Assembly: GCA_038087875.1 (NCBI GenBank)
Contig: JAXLNO010000046.1
Coordinates: 126,001 to 173,749 of the forward strand
From: Malacoraja senta
Lineage: Eukaryota
Length of the DNA stretch: 47,749 bases
Reading direction: 5' to 3'
Shown one piece after another: positions 23,175 through 36,224 of this stretch. The position numbers were made by a program, and so were the translations under genes. Under the pieces are notes generated by a model. That model was not told the origin of the DNA. It did not search any database and was given only the letters and a program-made list of their open reading frames with translations. Each line of letters starts with the position of its first letter. The stretch's first letter is position 1.

Positions 23175-23645
23175 ATAGAGTCACAGTCACACAGTGTGGA
23201 AACAGGCCCTTCTGCCCAACTTGCCCATGCTGACCAACAATGCCCCATCTACACGAGTCCCACTTGGCCCATATCCCTCTAAACCTATCCTATCCATTAG
23301 TTTAAATGTCCAAATGTCTCTTAAATGTTATGATAGTGCCTGCCTCAACTACCTCCTCCAGAGTTGGTCCATACATCCACCAAGCCACAGGGCTGTGGTA
23401 GTATAATGGTTAAGTTATTTCCTGATTGGTACGGGTGTCAGAGAGTATGGGGAGAAGGCAGGAGAATGGGGTTAGGAGGGGGAGATTGAATGGCGGAGTA
23501 CATGATGGGTCGAATGGCCTGATTCTACTATTCCTTATGACCTTATGACTTTGTGACCCTTGTGTAAAAAAGATAACCCTCAGGTTCCTATTAAATCTTT
23601 CCCTCCTTTACCTTAAACCCATGTACTCTTGGCCTCGATTCCTCT
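23175..23645 (-). mobile_element. HER1-like CR1 3' fragment interrupted by an opposite-strand CR1-type 3' fragment (about 23405-23550)
   Basis: Collinear with 45375-45670 on both sides of an insert containing tatggggagaaggcaggagaatgggg...(ccttatga)n. Confidence 0.7.
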
Positions 23646-23649
23646 CACA

Positions 23650-24053
23650 AACCAACCTTCCTTCCATTGACTCCATCTACACCACACTGCCTCAGCAAGG
23701 TCAGCAACATAATCAAGGGCCAGTCTCACCCCGGCCACTCTCTTCTCTCCTATCCCATCGGGCAAGAGGTACAGAAGGGTGAAAAAGCATAACTTCAGAT
23801 TCAGAGACAGTTTCTTCGCAGCTGTTATCAGGCAACTGAACCATCCTCACACCACCTAGAGTGCAGTCCTGAACTACTATCTACCTCATTAATCAGACTT
23901 TATTGGATTTTATCTTGCACTAAATATTGTACCTTTTATCCTTTATCTGTATACTCCGGACAGCTTGATTGTAACCATGTATAGTCTTTGACCAAATAGC
24001 ATCTAAAAGCTTTTCACTGCACTTTAGTACACATAAATAATAAATTAAACTAA
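23650..24053 (+). mobile_element. Rex1/Babar-type 3' end with UTR
   Basis: cactgcctcagcaagg...ataatcaag...ccatcgggcaagaggtacagaag...agattcagagacagtttcttc (HCLSK..IIK..PSGKRYR..RFRDSFF), ending aataaattaaactaaa. Confidence 0.75.
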
Positions 24054-25761
24054 AACTTAGACGTGGACTTGGTCAGAAAACCTCCTGGGTACACTCACTT
24101 CAGCATTAGACGTAGCTGTACCCAATTCTTCAGAGTGCAATAGCAGTCACCAGCACATTTATTCCAGAAGCACAAAAGATGCTTCTTAATGTTTCCCATC
24201 GGTCCAAAACATGACGTGCTAACGGCCTGGCTTCATGCATCATTTCTCCTGCCTCCAACTATCCCCAGATATTGCTGCAGCTGACATGTAGAAGTTTATC
24301 TTTTGAACCAGGACAATGGAGCAGATACTCAACCAAGGAACACATGTTCCTGAGTGATGCAGGACTCTGGGTTTGGATGGTCCCAGCAATCACTCTGGTC
24401 AATTTGGTCTTGAGCTGCAGTGGGCTCTCATAGTTCTGTTACTCTGCTGCCAAGCTCGCTGAAAGGAATGGAAACATACCCTGCAGCATCTCAGTAACGT
24501 ATGTCAAGACTTGTGTGTCAAGGATGCATCATTTGTTGTATGCACCGGATAAGAACCGGAATTATGGCAATATTACTTGCTGCAGCGTTACAGACACATT
24601 GGAAACAACAACAATAAATATACAATAAACAATTAGTCATTCTAAGTAAACTAGACCATGATAGTGCAAAAGCCTATCTATGTAGAGCAACCACAAGAGT
24701 GCAAAGACCATTGTGGTTCGGTGGGGTTGAGGTGGTGAACACAGGTGGTCAAATTATGTTGATGTTTCAACATTACTGAAAATGAATGAAGCAAAAATCA
24801 CTGTTTGTAATGATCAGTCGACCAATCGATGCCCACCAATTTAGATCCTGGTTAGAGTTGGATTTTGTTTTATAGCCGTTGTTTCGATGGGTTTGAGGAG
24901 AGTGGATGTAAATGGAGGCCAGCATCCCCTGTGTGGGATACATCTGTCTGTCTTTGTTTTAACTGGACATCGTTTCTTCACAAGTTCAATGGTTCTTTGA
25001 ATCCTGCCATTTCTTACAACCACACTGATGGTGCCAAATGGTTTTAAACTCAAAGACTGCTGCCAAAATCTACAATGTTTTCATTCACTTTTGCCACTTT
25101 CTCAGGCAAAGAATAAAGTAAATGACCCTGGAGTTCCTGATACAAGATGAATCCCTGGCAACCATCGTGCTTGGTTGGCTACTTATTGTTTACATTAGGA
25201 GAACCAGGATGTGAATATTCTGTTCCATCTATGGTTCTAAACTTGTCAGGATTATGGAAGCATATCTCAGACAGAGACCTCCTCCAGTATGGTTGGCAAG
25301 ATAGTGTCCAGGGATAGGGTCGTATACTGATTATCTGTGTTGCTTGTTACACTGAGACCTGATAACTGGATCATGTTAGTGTTCCACATCCCATTCCTTC
25401 TCTCCAGAGATGCTGTCCTGACGCACTCAGTTACTCCGCCTTTTTGTGTCTATCTTCAGTGTAAACCAACATCTACAGTTCCTTCCTAGGCATTAATGTT
25501 CTGCACACCTGATACAGATGTGTGTTGGTGCAAAACTTGCAGTATTCCACAGATGTGATGTATTTACTGTTACTATGACAGGATAAACCAAATATTGCAC
25601 GCAGGTGCAATCGATGGAGCAGACAGAAGCGTCCTGTTCAGAATTCTAACTGCCCAGCTCATGACTATAACTGATTTGAAATCTCTGATATCTCCATATC
25701 AGAAATCATTCAAGCTGGGATAATCTCAAATGCTCTTGAAGCCGATGTCTCTGAAACTCAC

Positions 25762-25911
25762 TTGATGGTTGTCTTTATGATCCATGGCCCATGGTTTAGG
25801 GAAGGAACTGTGTCATCCATCAACGGGTGAGTCTTTACAAAGTTTAACATCTCGTCTGGAAACCCATTAGAGGTGTTGTATTTTGTTCCTGGTTCCGCAC
25901 AGCAGCCAGGT
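25762..25911 (-). CDS. SEMA6B: SEMA6B coding exon (150 nt, Sema domain)
   Basis: catttag|A CCT GGC TGC TGT...ATC AA|gtgagt = (R)[49 protein letters not shown](K). Confidence 0.97.
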
Positions 25912-26147
25912 CTAAATGGGGGAGAAATAAACGTTTACAGAAAGCACAGGACACTCAATTGGAAACGCAAATGGATATTTTAACCTATTCAGTCCACTGG
26001 ACAAATTAGGATATTTTCTGTTGGTCAATCAATTCCCATTAATCTTATAGGTTAATGAGTTCTTGGTGTGCACAAAATAGCTCCGATGTTTACTCCATTA
26101 CTGCCTTTTAAAAACATAATGCCTAAAATTACAAGTTATAGTCTCAC

Positions 26148-26622
26148 AGAGACGTACAGCACAGAAATAGGCCCTTCGGCCCAACTTGCCCATGCTGACC
26201 AAAGTGCCCCATCTACACTTGTCCCACCTGGCCATGTATGGCCTTTATCCCTCCAAACATTCCTATCCAAGTACCTGTCCAAATGTCTTTTAAATGTTGT
26301 TATAGTTCCTCAGTGCCCCAACGACCTCATCTGGCAGCTTGTTACATTCACCCATCACCCTCAATGTGAAACAATTCCCTCTCAGGTTCCAAGCTTTCCC
26401 CCCACCTTAAACTTATGTCCTTTAGTTCTTGATTCCCTTCAGATTTTGTTCATTCACCCTAGCAAGTCCCCTCATGATTTTATACACCTCTATATGATCA
26501 TGCCTGAACCTCCTGCGCTCCAAGGATTAAAGTCCTAGCCTGCTCCAACCTCTCCCTATAGCTCAGGCCCTCGAGTCCTGGCAACAACCTCGTAAATCTT
26601 CTTTGCACTCTTTCCAGCTTCA
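26148..26622 (-). mobile_element. HER1-like CR1 3' fragment
   Basis: Collinear with 45375-45860. Confidence 0.8.
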
Positions 26623-27444
26623 CAAGTCTAACTTAGATGGAAGGTGACTCCGCTTGGTTCAACTCATTCAGGAACATATTTTATCAAGAAGCTGTTAATG
26701 AATTACAAAAAATGCATTACATGAGGACATACCGATCACCTCAACATCACATGCACAACTACGCACAGATATGGTCAGAATTGGAAAGTGAGTGCAGGAC
26801 ACCAAGGATTGGCAATGCTCTGGAAGTGCAGATGATGGGAAGTACAGTATGTTCAGGGTCTACTTGTATCTGTCTGTGTGTGGGCTTGGTGAGTGATGGA
26901 CAATGTTCAGCCCTGCTTGCCCCTGACATGTGGTGTCCAAAATGTAAAACATATTCCACAGTTTAGCACAAATTTTAAAAGAAGACACCAAAATGCCTTG
27001 ATCCCACTGTTGAATTGTCCTTATCTTAATTGGCAGAAGTCCGTTGATCCATTGGGTGCACCTTGTTCTTGTGCATCTTTGCTATTTAACAAATGTCAGC
27101 GGAACAGAAATAACAAAAGATTGTTCATTTGATGGAATGTGGTATTTTTATTCATAACACCATTTGTCTTTGACAAATAGATATGGCCAGTTTCCACTTG
27201 TATGAAGGGAAATGCCACAGGATTCGCATTTCTTGCATTTGGTTTATGTTTTCTCATTCTCTCTCCAGAATGGGGTGATGAGACTCATTTCTTTATTTCA
27301 AAATCATCCACAAGCTCCTGAACCTTGGCCAAGGCTCTTCATTCTGTCATCAACCGGCTAATAAAGAGGTTTACAAATTTAGTTTCAGCACTTCAATTGT
27401 TTATTACAAATATAACTGAATTCATGCATCATTTCCGGTCGTTG

Positions 27445-27519
27445 AAGGGTCTGTTTCCATGCTGTATCCCTAAGCTAAGCTAAGGGTCTGTTTCCATGCT
27501 GTATCCCTAAGCTAAGCTA
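27445..27519. repeat. Tandem duplication (about 38 bp) of a SINE/LINE 3' tail
   Basis: aagggtctgtttccatgctgtatccctaagctaagct occurs twice. Confidence 0.9.
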
Positions 27520-27805
27520 CACATGTAAATCTTATGTTTCCCCAGCAAATAACATCAGTGGGATTGTTGAGGTTGAGGTTGATCTGTAATGATGTCAGTC
27601 CTAAAATTGCCCACAAACCACGATACACTTCTTTGTTTAGCCTGAGGTGAGGTCTATATGTCAATGGATTCTGAATCCTTGACGATTCGATTACAATCCA
27701 AATGTTCTAATCAATAAATTAAAAGGACTAGTCTTTGGTGTTGAGTAATATTGACTTCTCTCTTTTGGAAATTGTCTCCTTATTCCTCAACTAACTTTTC
27801 TACTG

Positions 27806-28217
27806 TTAGAATAGAATAGAATAGAAAATAGGTGCAGGAGGAGGCCATTTGGCCCTTCGAGCCTGCACCACCATTCATTGTGATCATGGCTGATCATCCA
27901 CAATCAGTAACCCGTGCCTGCTTTCTCCCCATAGCCCTTGATTCTGCTTGCCCCTAGACCTCTATCTAACTCTCTTTTAAATTTATCCAGTGAATTGGCC
28001 TCTACTGCCATCTGTGGCAGAGAATTCCACATATTCACAACTATCTGGGGGAAATGTTTGTTCTCAGTTTTAAATGGCCTCCCCTTTATTCTTAGACTGT
28101 GGCCCCTGGTTCTGGACTCCCCCATCATTGGGAACATTTTTCCTGCATCTAGCTTGTCCAGTCCTTTTATAATTTTATATGTTTCTACAAGGTTCCCTCT
28201 CATCCTTCTAAATTCAA
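27806..28217 (-). mobile_element. CR1 3' fragment of a second subfamily with (TTCTA)n tail, abutting a V-SINE fragment (28218-28292)
   Basis: LEFRRMRGNLVETYKIIKGLDKLDAGKMFPMMGESRTRGHSLRIKG...GYGEKAGTGY*. Confidence 0.9.
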
Positions 28218-29203
28218 GTGTGGGAGGAAACCAAAGATCTCGGAGAAAACCCACGCAGGTCACGGGGAGAACGTACAAACTCCGTACAGACAATCTCCAT
28301 CGTTGTTAACAACCTGGTCAGATATTAGTCAGCTGCTTTACATCGAGGTGTTCCCAGCTGTCTCGGTTCTTTGATTTTTCTTGCCAGGAAATGACAAAAA
28401 AAGGCACAGTGATCAACTCTAAAATGTTTTATATATATACTTGCAAAATTTTTGCTCGAGAGATTACCAATTGAGTTCAAAACTGTTAGGATTCAAAGTA
28501 AAATACAATGGTTGAATCGATTGTGAAAATGAATGAGTAGAAAACAAGAACTAATTGTGAAACAATGCAGGAGCAACAGAGTGAACAAGATTGGTTATGA
28601 GTGGACTGAACAGGGCAGATGGAATTTACTGTAATGTTTGTTAAACTATCAACACAAAAGGCCAATCTGGGCAATGTGTAAATTTGAGGGAAGGTGAAAG
28701 AGACCTTCTTAGCAGAATCATTGCGGAGCAGCAGTTAACAAAGCCAATAAAATGAACCATGTGTCCAAAACAACAGTAGGTCAGGCAGCATCTCTGGAGA
28801 AAAGGAATAGGTGGCATTTTGGGTTGAGGCCCTTCAGTCATTGTGTGTTTATCAATCTACTTGTTGAATGCTTTGTCTAATCGTCAAGCAATGGATAAAA
28901 GTGCCACAAAAACTGAACTCGTCCTTGAGATCTGATTTGTGAGAAGCAACTGGAGAAACTTGGTCCCTTTTGGTTTGATGGAAAGAATTTAAATCGAAAG
29001 GTGAGCCAAGAAAATAAATGTAAATAATCTGAAAGAGTCGGATCAGATTGTTGTAGAAGGGTTGTTGAAGGAATTTCAGCATTGATATCAAGGGATTCCC
29101 CATCAAGTATCAATCTTTATCCTTTGGACATCCGATCATGATGGATGCAAAGATCCACAGAATCATTCAATGAAGAATGGATGGTGCAGAAGGAAACATT
29201 ATA

Positions 29204-29300
29204 GAAGGTAGACAAAAATGCTGGAGAAACTCATCGGGTGAGGCAGCATTTATGGAGCGAAGGAATAGGTGACATTTCGGGTCGAGACCCTTCTTCTTTC
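29204..29300 (-). mobile_element. Penelope-derived terminal repeat, partial
   Basis: Reverse complement of the 17740-17826-type repeat, including tttcgggtcgagacccttcttc. Confidence 0.8.
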
Positions 29301-29958
29301 AGCCTGATACATTATAGAATGTGGTTTCTGAGATATACAACAATGGGTTATCCCTTATCCCAAATTATCATTCAATATTATCTCTTTTTCCAGCATTGGG
29401 CTTCAGAATGGATGTTTTTAAACATGCCAAGATATTTACAATGAGATTTCTGAAGTTCAACAAGTTAATTCATAAGTTCATGAGTTTTAAGGCAGATTCT
29501 TGATTAGTTTGGGTGTCAGGGGTTATGGGGAGAAGGCAGGAGAATGTGATTGAAAGGGAAAGATAGATCAGCCACGATTGAATGGTGGACTTGATGAACC
29601 AAATGGCCCAATTTTGCTCCTAGACCATATGAACTTAAGATTTTTTCCTGTACCACGCAGTTGATTCTCCAGATGTACCAATGCTCCATGCATGTGTAGA
29701 GCCACTTTCTGCACAGACTTTAGACAAAATGTAGTTCTGAAATATTATTACATCACTCTTTGGAGTCTAATCCATTAAAATGTCAATTTCTGCAAAATTG
29801 TTCAACATTGTTTCAGATTTGGGAATTAAATCCATGAATTGTTTGTTGGAAATATTGGCTTTATACAGCACAGTTGTATTGTTATCGAGAGCATAACGAT
29901 GCTTTTTATGTCTAAATAACAATATGTGGGACATTAAAAGAGAACATATTAATAAAAT

Positions 29959-30186
29959 GTGTAAGAAAGAACTGCAGATGCTGGTTTAAATCGAAGATAG
30001 ACAAAATGCTGGAGTAACTCAGCGGGACAGGCAGCATCTCTGGAGAGAAGGAATGAGTGATGCTTCGGGTCATAGAAACATAGAAATTAGGTGCAGGAGT
30101 AGGCCATTCGGCCCTTCGAGCCTGCACCGCCATGATCATGGATGATCATGGCTGAAGAAGGGTCGAGACCCTTCTTCAGACTGATG
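29959..30186 (-). mobile_element. Penelope-derived terminal repeat with a nested CR1 3' tail (about 30072-30155); 11-bp flanking direct repeat
   Basis: attaataaaat at 29948-29958 and 30187-30197; the insert atagaaacatagaaattaggtgcaggagtaggcc lies between two gggtc. Confidence 0.85.
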
Positions 30187-30344
30187 ATTAATAAAATACC
30201 TAATCTCTGCACAAAACAGGCAAATGTGATACCACTATTTCACACAACAAAATCCAGCAAATGCCAATGAGAAGAATGTCCAGTGATTCACATTCTGGTG
30301 ATTTTTGTTACTGAGGGAAGTGTCAGAGCAGCTCACAGGACACT

Positions 30345-30722
30345 GCAGACGGTGGTGGAACGCAGACGGTGTCTGGGATGCAGACGATGGTGGGATGCAG
30401 ACGGTGGTGGAACGCAGACGGTGTCTGGGATGCAGACGGTGGTGGGACGCAGACGATGGTGGGATGCAGACGGTGGTGGAACGCAGACAGTGGTGGGATG
30501 CAGACGGTGGTGGGACACAGACGGTGGTGGGACGCAGACGGTGTCTGGGATGCAGACAGTGGTGGGAAGCAGACGGTGGTGGGACGCAGACGGTGGTGGG
30601 ACGCAGACGGTGGTGGGAAGCAGACGGTGGTGGGAAGCAGACGGTGGTGGGACGCAGACGGTGGTGGGACGCAGACGGTGTCTGGGATGCAGACGGTGGT
30701 GGGACGCAGACGGTGGTGGGAT
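30345..30722. repeat. Mixed 17/18-bp minisatellite (GACGGTGGTGGGACGCA / GACGGTGTCTGGGATGCA)
   Basis: Read directly; explains the repetitive ORFs at 30235-30820. Confidence 0.97.
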
Positions 30723-31071
30723 CCTTGATGTGCATTGGAATGGAGCCCGATTAATGTGATTGCTGGGATGAGTTGATCAATGACTGGCACTTCATCAATA
30801 TTGTGATGGTGCGTCAGCACGGATTACATCCTTGTTCCTGAAACTGGTTTAAATTTGGAAGTGGGAAACAAGCTGACAGTGAATGCTTCTACTGTGTGAA
30901 TTTTGCTTTCTACACATTTTTCAATCCAATTATTAAGCTTTAAATCATTTGGTGAACGACGAGTTTAGACATCAGCTATTTGCCTCCCGGACCAAGTTTA
31001 AAAGCAATCTACACTGAAAATTGCACAGAAAGTTCCCTCTGTCTTTTGGAGTACTTGTGCCACAGTAGAGT

Positions 31072-31500
31072 TATGGTAACCCACAAAAAGGCAGGCATAG
31101 CTGGGGCCCATGAGGTGCTCATGGCTACACCTTTAACTCTGAAAAAGTGAATGGAGTCAAAAGTGAAGTTGGTGAGGGTGAGGACAAGTTCCGCCAGGTG
31201 GAGGTGAGTGTTAGTAGAGGGAAACTGTTGGGTCTCTGTTTCAGAAAGACCTGTAGGACCTTGAGACCTTCCTGGTGGGGAATAGAAGTGTAGCGGGACT
31301 GGATGCCCATGGTGATGATGTGGCAATGGAGGCCTGGAAATTGAACAGTTATTGAACAAGACATGGGGGCTGAGATGGAATCAAGGCATGTGGAAATGGG
31401 TTCAGTGAGGTAGAAGTGTGAAGAGTGGTGCTGGGGAATGATGAAGTTGGATGCTGTGGAGGGCAGATCACCAGAGGTGAATATTTAGTCTCATTTTGTT
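31072..31500 (-). mobile_element. Degraded Penelope-like reverse transcriptase fragment
   Basis: Frameshifted pieces TMGIQSRYTSIPHQEGLKVLQVFL, LAELVLTLTNFTFDS and RVKGVAMST match the recalled PLE RT motifs (DVxSLYTSIP, GxAMG). Confidence 0.85.
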
Positions 31501-32883
31501 GAATTTGACTTTTGCTGGTCATGTTCAGAATAGGTGGGCCATAATTGCCTGTACTTTCATCCTTAACCAACAACATTGGAGTGAAGCTCTATTACAATCA
31601 CTTCATAATAGTTTCATCTTGCCATGGAGTTTTTAGTGAGCATGCTCTTGTGTGATTCATGAATGGAAACTCTTTGTTCCCTGCTCAGTGTTCCATTTGG
31701 AGCACTAATTAGTTTGTTCCTTTATCAGGCACTTCTGGGACTATTATGATTTATTCTGGCCAAGACTCTGCAGAGTATGATCCTTCCCTTCCCTCAACCC
31801 ACACAGTACCAATGAAAGAGCTAATAGTCAAATCTAACATTGTTTACAAAATGGAGTTGTTCTTCTTCTAATACAAAAGCAAGGTCTAGTAGTACAAAAG
31901 AATGGCTCGGTGCCAAGTCTGAATGACTTTGCAAATTATATGGAACACAATATGGAGGACAGGTTGTCTTTTTAATAAAGACATTAAGATGGAAACCTGA
32001 GTAATAACATGTGCTTCTTTCAAGGCCATAAAGAAGCCAAGGTTGAAAAAAAAATAGCTGATGCTGCAGAGATAAGCAATAACTTGTTATTGGATGAGCT
32101 TGATTTGGACTGAGCTTTTCCTATATTCTGAAAGGCTATAGAATCTTTCAATCATGCCATATTCAGACTTGGTAGGTGTGTTTTACTGATAAGAAAATAG
32201 TATAACTACACTAATTCCTCTTTATTCTGTGAGTGGAGCCCAGGGACAGACTGAGCAACATTTGTGCTCTTTGTAATTCCCGCCACTCCCGTTTGACAAA
32301 TCGATTAAAGATTTGCTGGGTTTACCTTTAACCAGTTTGTCGTTGTCTGCTTTTAAGAAATGAACTTTGACACCAAACACCACCATCAACTCATCAAACG
32401 TGCTCCTAATCCCACGAGGGTATCCAAACCCATTGATTCATTTTGTCCCACAAAAGGCCCTGACCCTCAAACCATCTGATCGCCAAATGCTCCTCTCAGA
32501 TCCTTCAAAGCTCCTTTGCAACTCTGAGCCCTCTAAACGAGATCACAACCTTCATTATCTCCTTCCCCAGCCACTACCTTCTTTGGTGACCCAACCTCAG
32601 GTCTCTGTCTTCTTCCAACAGCTCATTTTTATCATTGAAGAAATAAATAATGGACATTTACAGTAGAGTACATTCCCATCTAACACATCAATTTGGGTGC
32701 TCTGGAATTAGGTTTGAGTATTCAATCCACAGAATTTACATCTTGTCCCCAAACAGATCCAAGAGATTTCATATTGAACTGTTCTGCCTATTTATGGTAT
32801 GGAGTGGATCATGGTATTGAGTGGATCATAGAATGGATAATCGTATGGAATGGATCATGTGGATCATGGAATGGATCTCTTAC

Positions 32884-33015
32884 CTTGGCTTTGGGACCAA
32901 TTCCTCAGGAACTGGCGTCCAAATAGACTCTGGGGATTTCTGCTCCTTGAAACGTCCGTCAAAACTGTTGGAAATCTGCTCCATGTCGAAGGCACAGATG
33001 GCCGACCCAGGAATG
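32884..33015 (-). CDS. SEMA6B: SEMA6B coding exon (132 nt, Sema domain); most upstream exon found in the window
   Basis: gttgaag|C ATT CCT GGG TCG...CCA AG|gtaaga = (S)[43 protein letters not shown](R). Confidence 0.97.
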
Positions 33016-33289
33016 CTTCAACAAACAGAGACAGATAGTGCAGTCAGTATTCTCAACAAAGTCCTCTTACATACAGTCGCACTCCCAATGTACAGGACAA
33101 ACCACAAAACAATTCCCAAACTAAAGTCTCATTGTTGACCTACTTGTTCTTGAAAGCATTCACCACAAGGAGCTCAGGCTGATGACCAAGAGAGCCTCCA
33201 TGTACTGGATAGGTCACAATTTGTTAAGGGTTTCAAGGAAAGTTTTCTCAAGTAATCTGAGAGAGGGGCAAAATGCAACTACTGTGGGG

Positions 33290-34300
33290 ACATGAGGCTG
33301 GGGAATGGCTGAAGTATCAGTGGGCAAGAACTTTGAAACCAATGACCACCATTCGATAGTTTTAAAATAGTTATGGAAAGAAATAGGGTTGGTCCACAGG
33401 TTAAAGTCCTAAATTAGGGCAAAACTCATTTTGATGGCATTAGACAGGAACTTGCAACGGTTAGCAGGCAAAGGGATATTTGGCAAGTGAGAAGCATTTA
33501 AACTTGAGATTGGGATAATTCAGGATTAAGGACCTGGCTGAAGAGGGAGAGTGAGGGTCTGGTCAGTAAAAAGAAGGAAATGTACGTCAGGCAATTGGGA
33601 TCAGGCAAATCCCAAGAAGGATAAGGGATGTTGGAGTACACTTAAGAAGAAAATCAAGAGAACAATAAGGAGACGAGATGTCCTTGGCAGATAAGGTAAA
33701 AGAGAATCCTAAGAGATTCTAGAAGTATACTAAGGAGCAAAGGGTAACTAGGGATGGAATGGGTCACTTTAAGAATCAGTGTGGTCATCTATGCATGGAG
33801 CCACCATAGACAGACAAGAAACTAAATGAATATGTATTTACTGTGGATAAGATCATGGATGCTAGTGAATTGGGAAAGGGAACATACTGACATTATGAAA
33901 GTGGAATTGCTGGCAGTGAGAGGTGCATAAAGGTGGAAAAGTCCTTTGGGCCTGACCCAAAGTATCCCAGGACATTGTGAGGAGCAAGGAATATGCAGGA
34001 ACTCCGGCAGATTTTATTTCATTTTCCTTATTCTTGTGTGTGGTACCAGTAGATAACAAGGCAGATAATGTTGTGGCTTTATTCACAAAGGATTGCAAGG
34101 GGAAGCAAGCATATTACAGCCTAACATCAGTGGTGGGAGGTTACTGGGGGGGTTCTGAGAGACAGGCTCATAAGAGTTTGGGGACAGACTATAGCGTTGT
34201 GCATGGGAAATGGTGATTACGTTTTTTGAAGAGGTGACCAAGAGGATTGATGAGGGTGGGATGGCAGATATTGTCTACATGGACCAAGGCAAGGCATGTT
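33290..34300 (+). mobile_element. Ancient, heavily degraded CR1 ORF2 fragment
   Basis: Remnants such as aaagtcctttgggcctgac (KSPGPD), tacagcctaacatcagtggtggg (SLTSVVG) and ttttttgaagaggtgacc (FFEEVT). Confidence 0.7.
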
Positions 34301-34782
34301 AGGTTGGTCATATGGGAAAATGTAAAAGTTGTGTGGTCCAGGAGATGAAATGGCCTCTGGGAAACACCCGTAAGGATGTGGGTGAAGGTTATAATTTGGG
34401 GGAAGTTGAGAGGACTCTGGGGAGAATGACATAGGATTAGTGTAGATGAGTTCAAACGGGTGTTTGATGCTCAGTGCAGATTCAGGTTGAGAGGCCCGTG
34501 TCCTTGCTAAGGTCCTATCCCTCACCGATCAAATGCATGTCATGTATTAATAGTGAAGAGCACACACTCAATGAATCCATGGGCTATTTCTCCATAATTG
34601 ATGATGAGTCAGGGTGGATCATTCTGGGAATGCTGAGTAATTTGAAGCTCTAGTTAATAATTTCTGAACACAAGCTGTGAAGGGAAAAAAACAACATTCA
34701 AAATCATTGGTTCAGCTTGGATATAAAATATTTAATTTTGATCAAAATTAGATTGAGCCCCATTATGTAAGCAGTGGGATCA

Positions 34783-35027
34783 GGCACTTTTTCTCACAGA
34801 GAGTTGTGAATCTGTGGAATTCTCTGCCTCAGAGGGCGGTGGAGGCCGGTTCTCTGAATACTTTCAAGAGAGAGCTAGATAGGGCTTTCAAAGATAGTGG
34901 AGTCAGGGGATATGGGGAGAAGGCAGGAATGGGGTACTGATTGGGGATGATCAGCCATGATCACATTGAATGGCGGTGCTGGTTCGAAGGGCCGAATGGC
35001 CTAAACCTGCACCTATTGTCTATTGTC
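34783..35027 (+). mobile_element. CR1 3' end with (TATTGTC)n tail
   Basis: FFSQRVVNLWNSLPQRAVEA...GYGEKAGMGY* plus UTR. Confidence 0.9.
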
Positions 35028-36119
35028 AGTGGTGCTGGTAGCAGGCGGCACTATCTAGATGGAAACCCAGCTCATGAAGGTGGAAATCCTTTGGCATATC
35101 AGCTCAGCAACTTAAAACCAAAGCAGAGTAGTTATGAGCAAACCACAGGTCTGTGGATGCTGGCTAAGAACAATCTTGACTATCTCTGCCAGAACTCAAC
35201 AAGCATCAAGAAAGGAATCTTCATCTTATTCCTTTGGGTTGAAGCTGAAGTTTGGGTTAAAATGCTTTTAACTGGCTTTCTACACAAATGCTGGGTTTGA
35301 ATTAGTTTTCCCGTTAAATAGGCAATGCCGTAAACGTTGGTGAGTTTGATGATATTGGGGATAGTGGGTCACTATGTGACAACATCTGGTCTGATCCAGA
35401 CTTTGAACGGAACAGAGAGAGGTGTGATAGGCACTTATTTAAAAGTTAATTCCCACTGACCTTAACGTTTAAACTATGCAAATTACTAGCATTGCAATAA
35501 ATAATGCAGATTACTGGAGTTTAAACCGGAGAAGTTGTTGTGAAGTCACATCTCTCACTGCTCACATGTACGTCAAGTATTAATGTGAAGAGCACACACT
35601 CACAATAATCTGCTCACGCAAGATCATTCCTACTTCTATCAGATCCAAACATCTACACAAATATCAGAGAGAAGTTGGAATAAATTACTGGTAGTAAGAT
35701 ACAGTTTAACTGAGTTTTAAACCGTGGATTCCTGAGTCACCAAAGTGCTGATAATGACAGGCCTGATGTCAGGAGGCCAATCCTGTCACTCCAAGATTCA
35801 CTGCTGGAGACACAGTGTGTTGACAGACACAAAGTCTCTTCTGTGTAACACCATATGGGTGATTCTAGCCAGGTCACATTTATCATTTTCCTAAATTGTG
35901 AAAATTAAAGGTGGTTCTTGAACAAATGCAAGAGCCTCGAGAGTCAAAGTGTGCCATGTGAAACTGGAGTCAAATGTTCGGTGACAACACCTCTCTCTTG
36001 AAGAATATTAGTGAACCAGCAGAATTTTGCCAATAATCCATTGAAATGAAAATAAATCCAGACTGTTTCATTGAAACCTTCAGATCTTGCCACCGTGGGA
36101 TTTCAGTTCACTCCCTCTC

Positions 36120-36216
36120 CGTAGCAGTAGCTGCATGCTCTGTAGCAGTAGCTGCATGCTCTGTAGCAGTAGCTGTAGCAGTAGCTGCATGCTCTATAGC
36201 AGTAGCTGCATGCTCC
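36120..36216. repeat. 21-bp short tandem repeat (GTAGCAGTAGCTGCATGCTCT)
   Basis: Read directly. Confidence 0.9.
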
Positions 36217-36224
36217 ATGAGTTT

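Noticed and set aside
27904..28293. SINE-LINE chimeric ORF
   Set aside because: A SINE fragment adjacent to a truncated CR1; no evidence of a functional fusion.
30235..30820. Pro/His- or Trp-rich repetitive ORFs
   Set aside because: Minisatellite translations.
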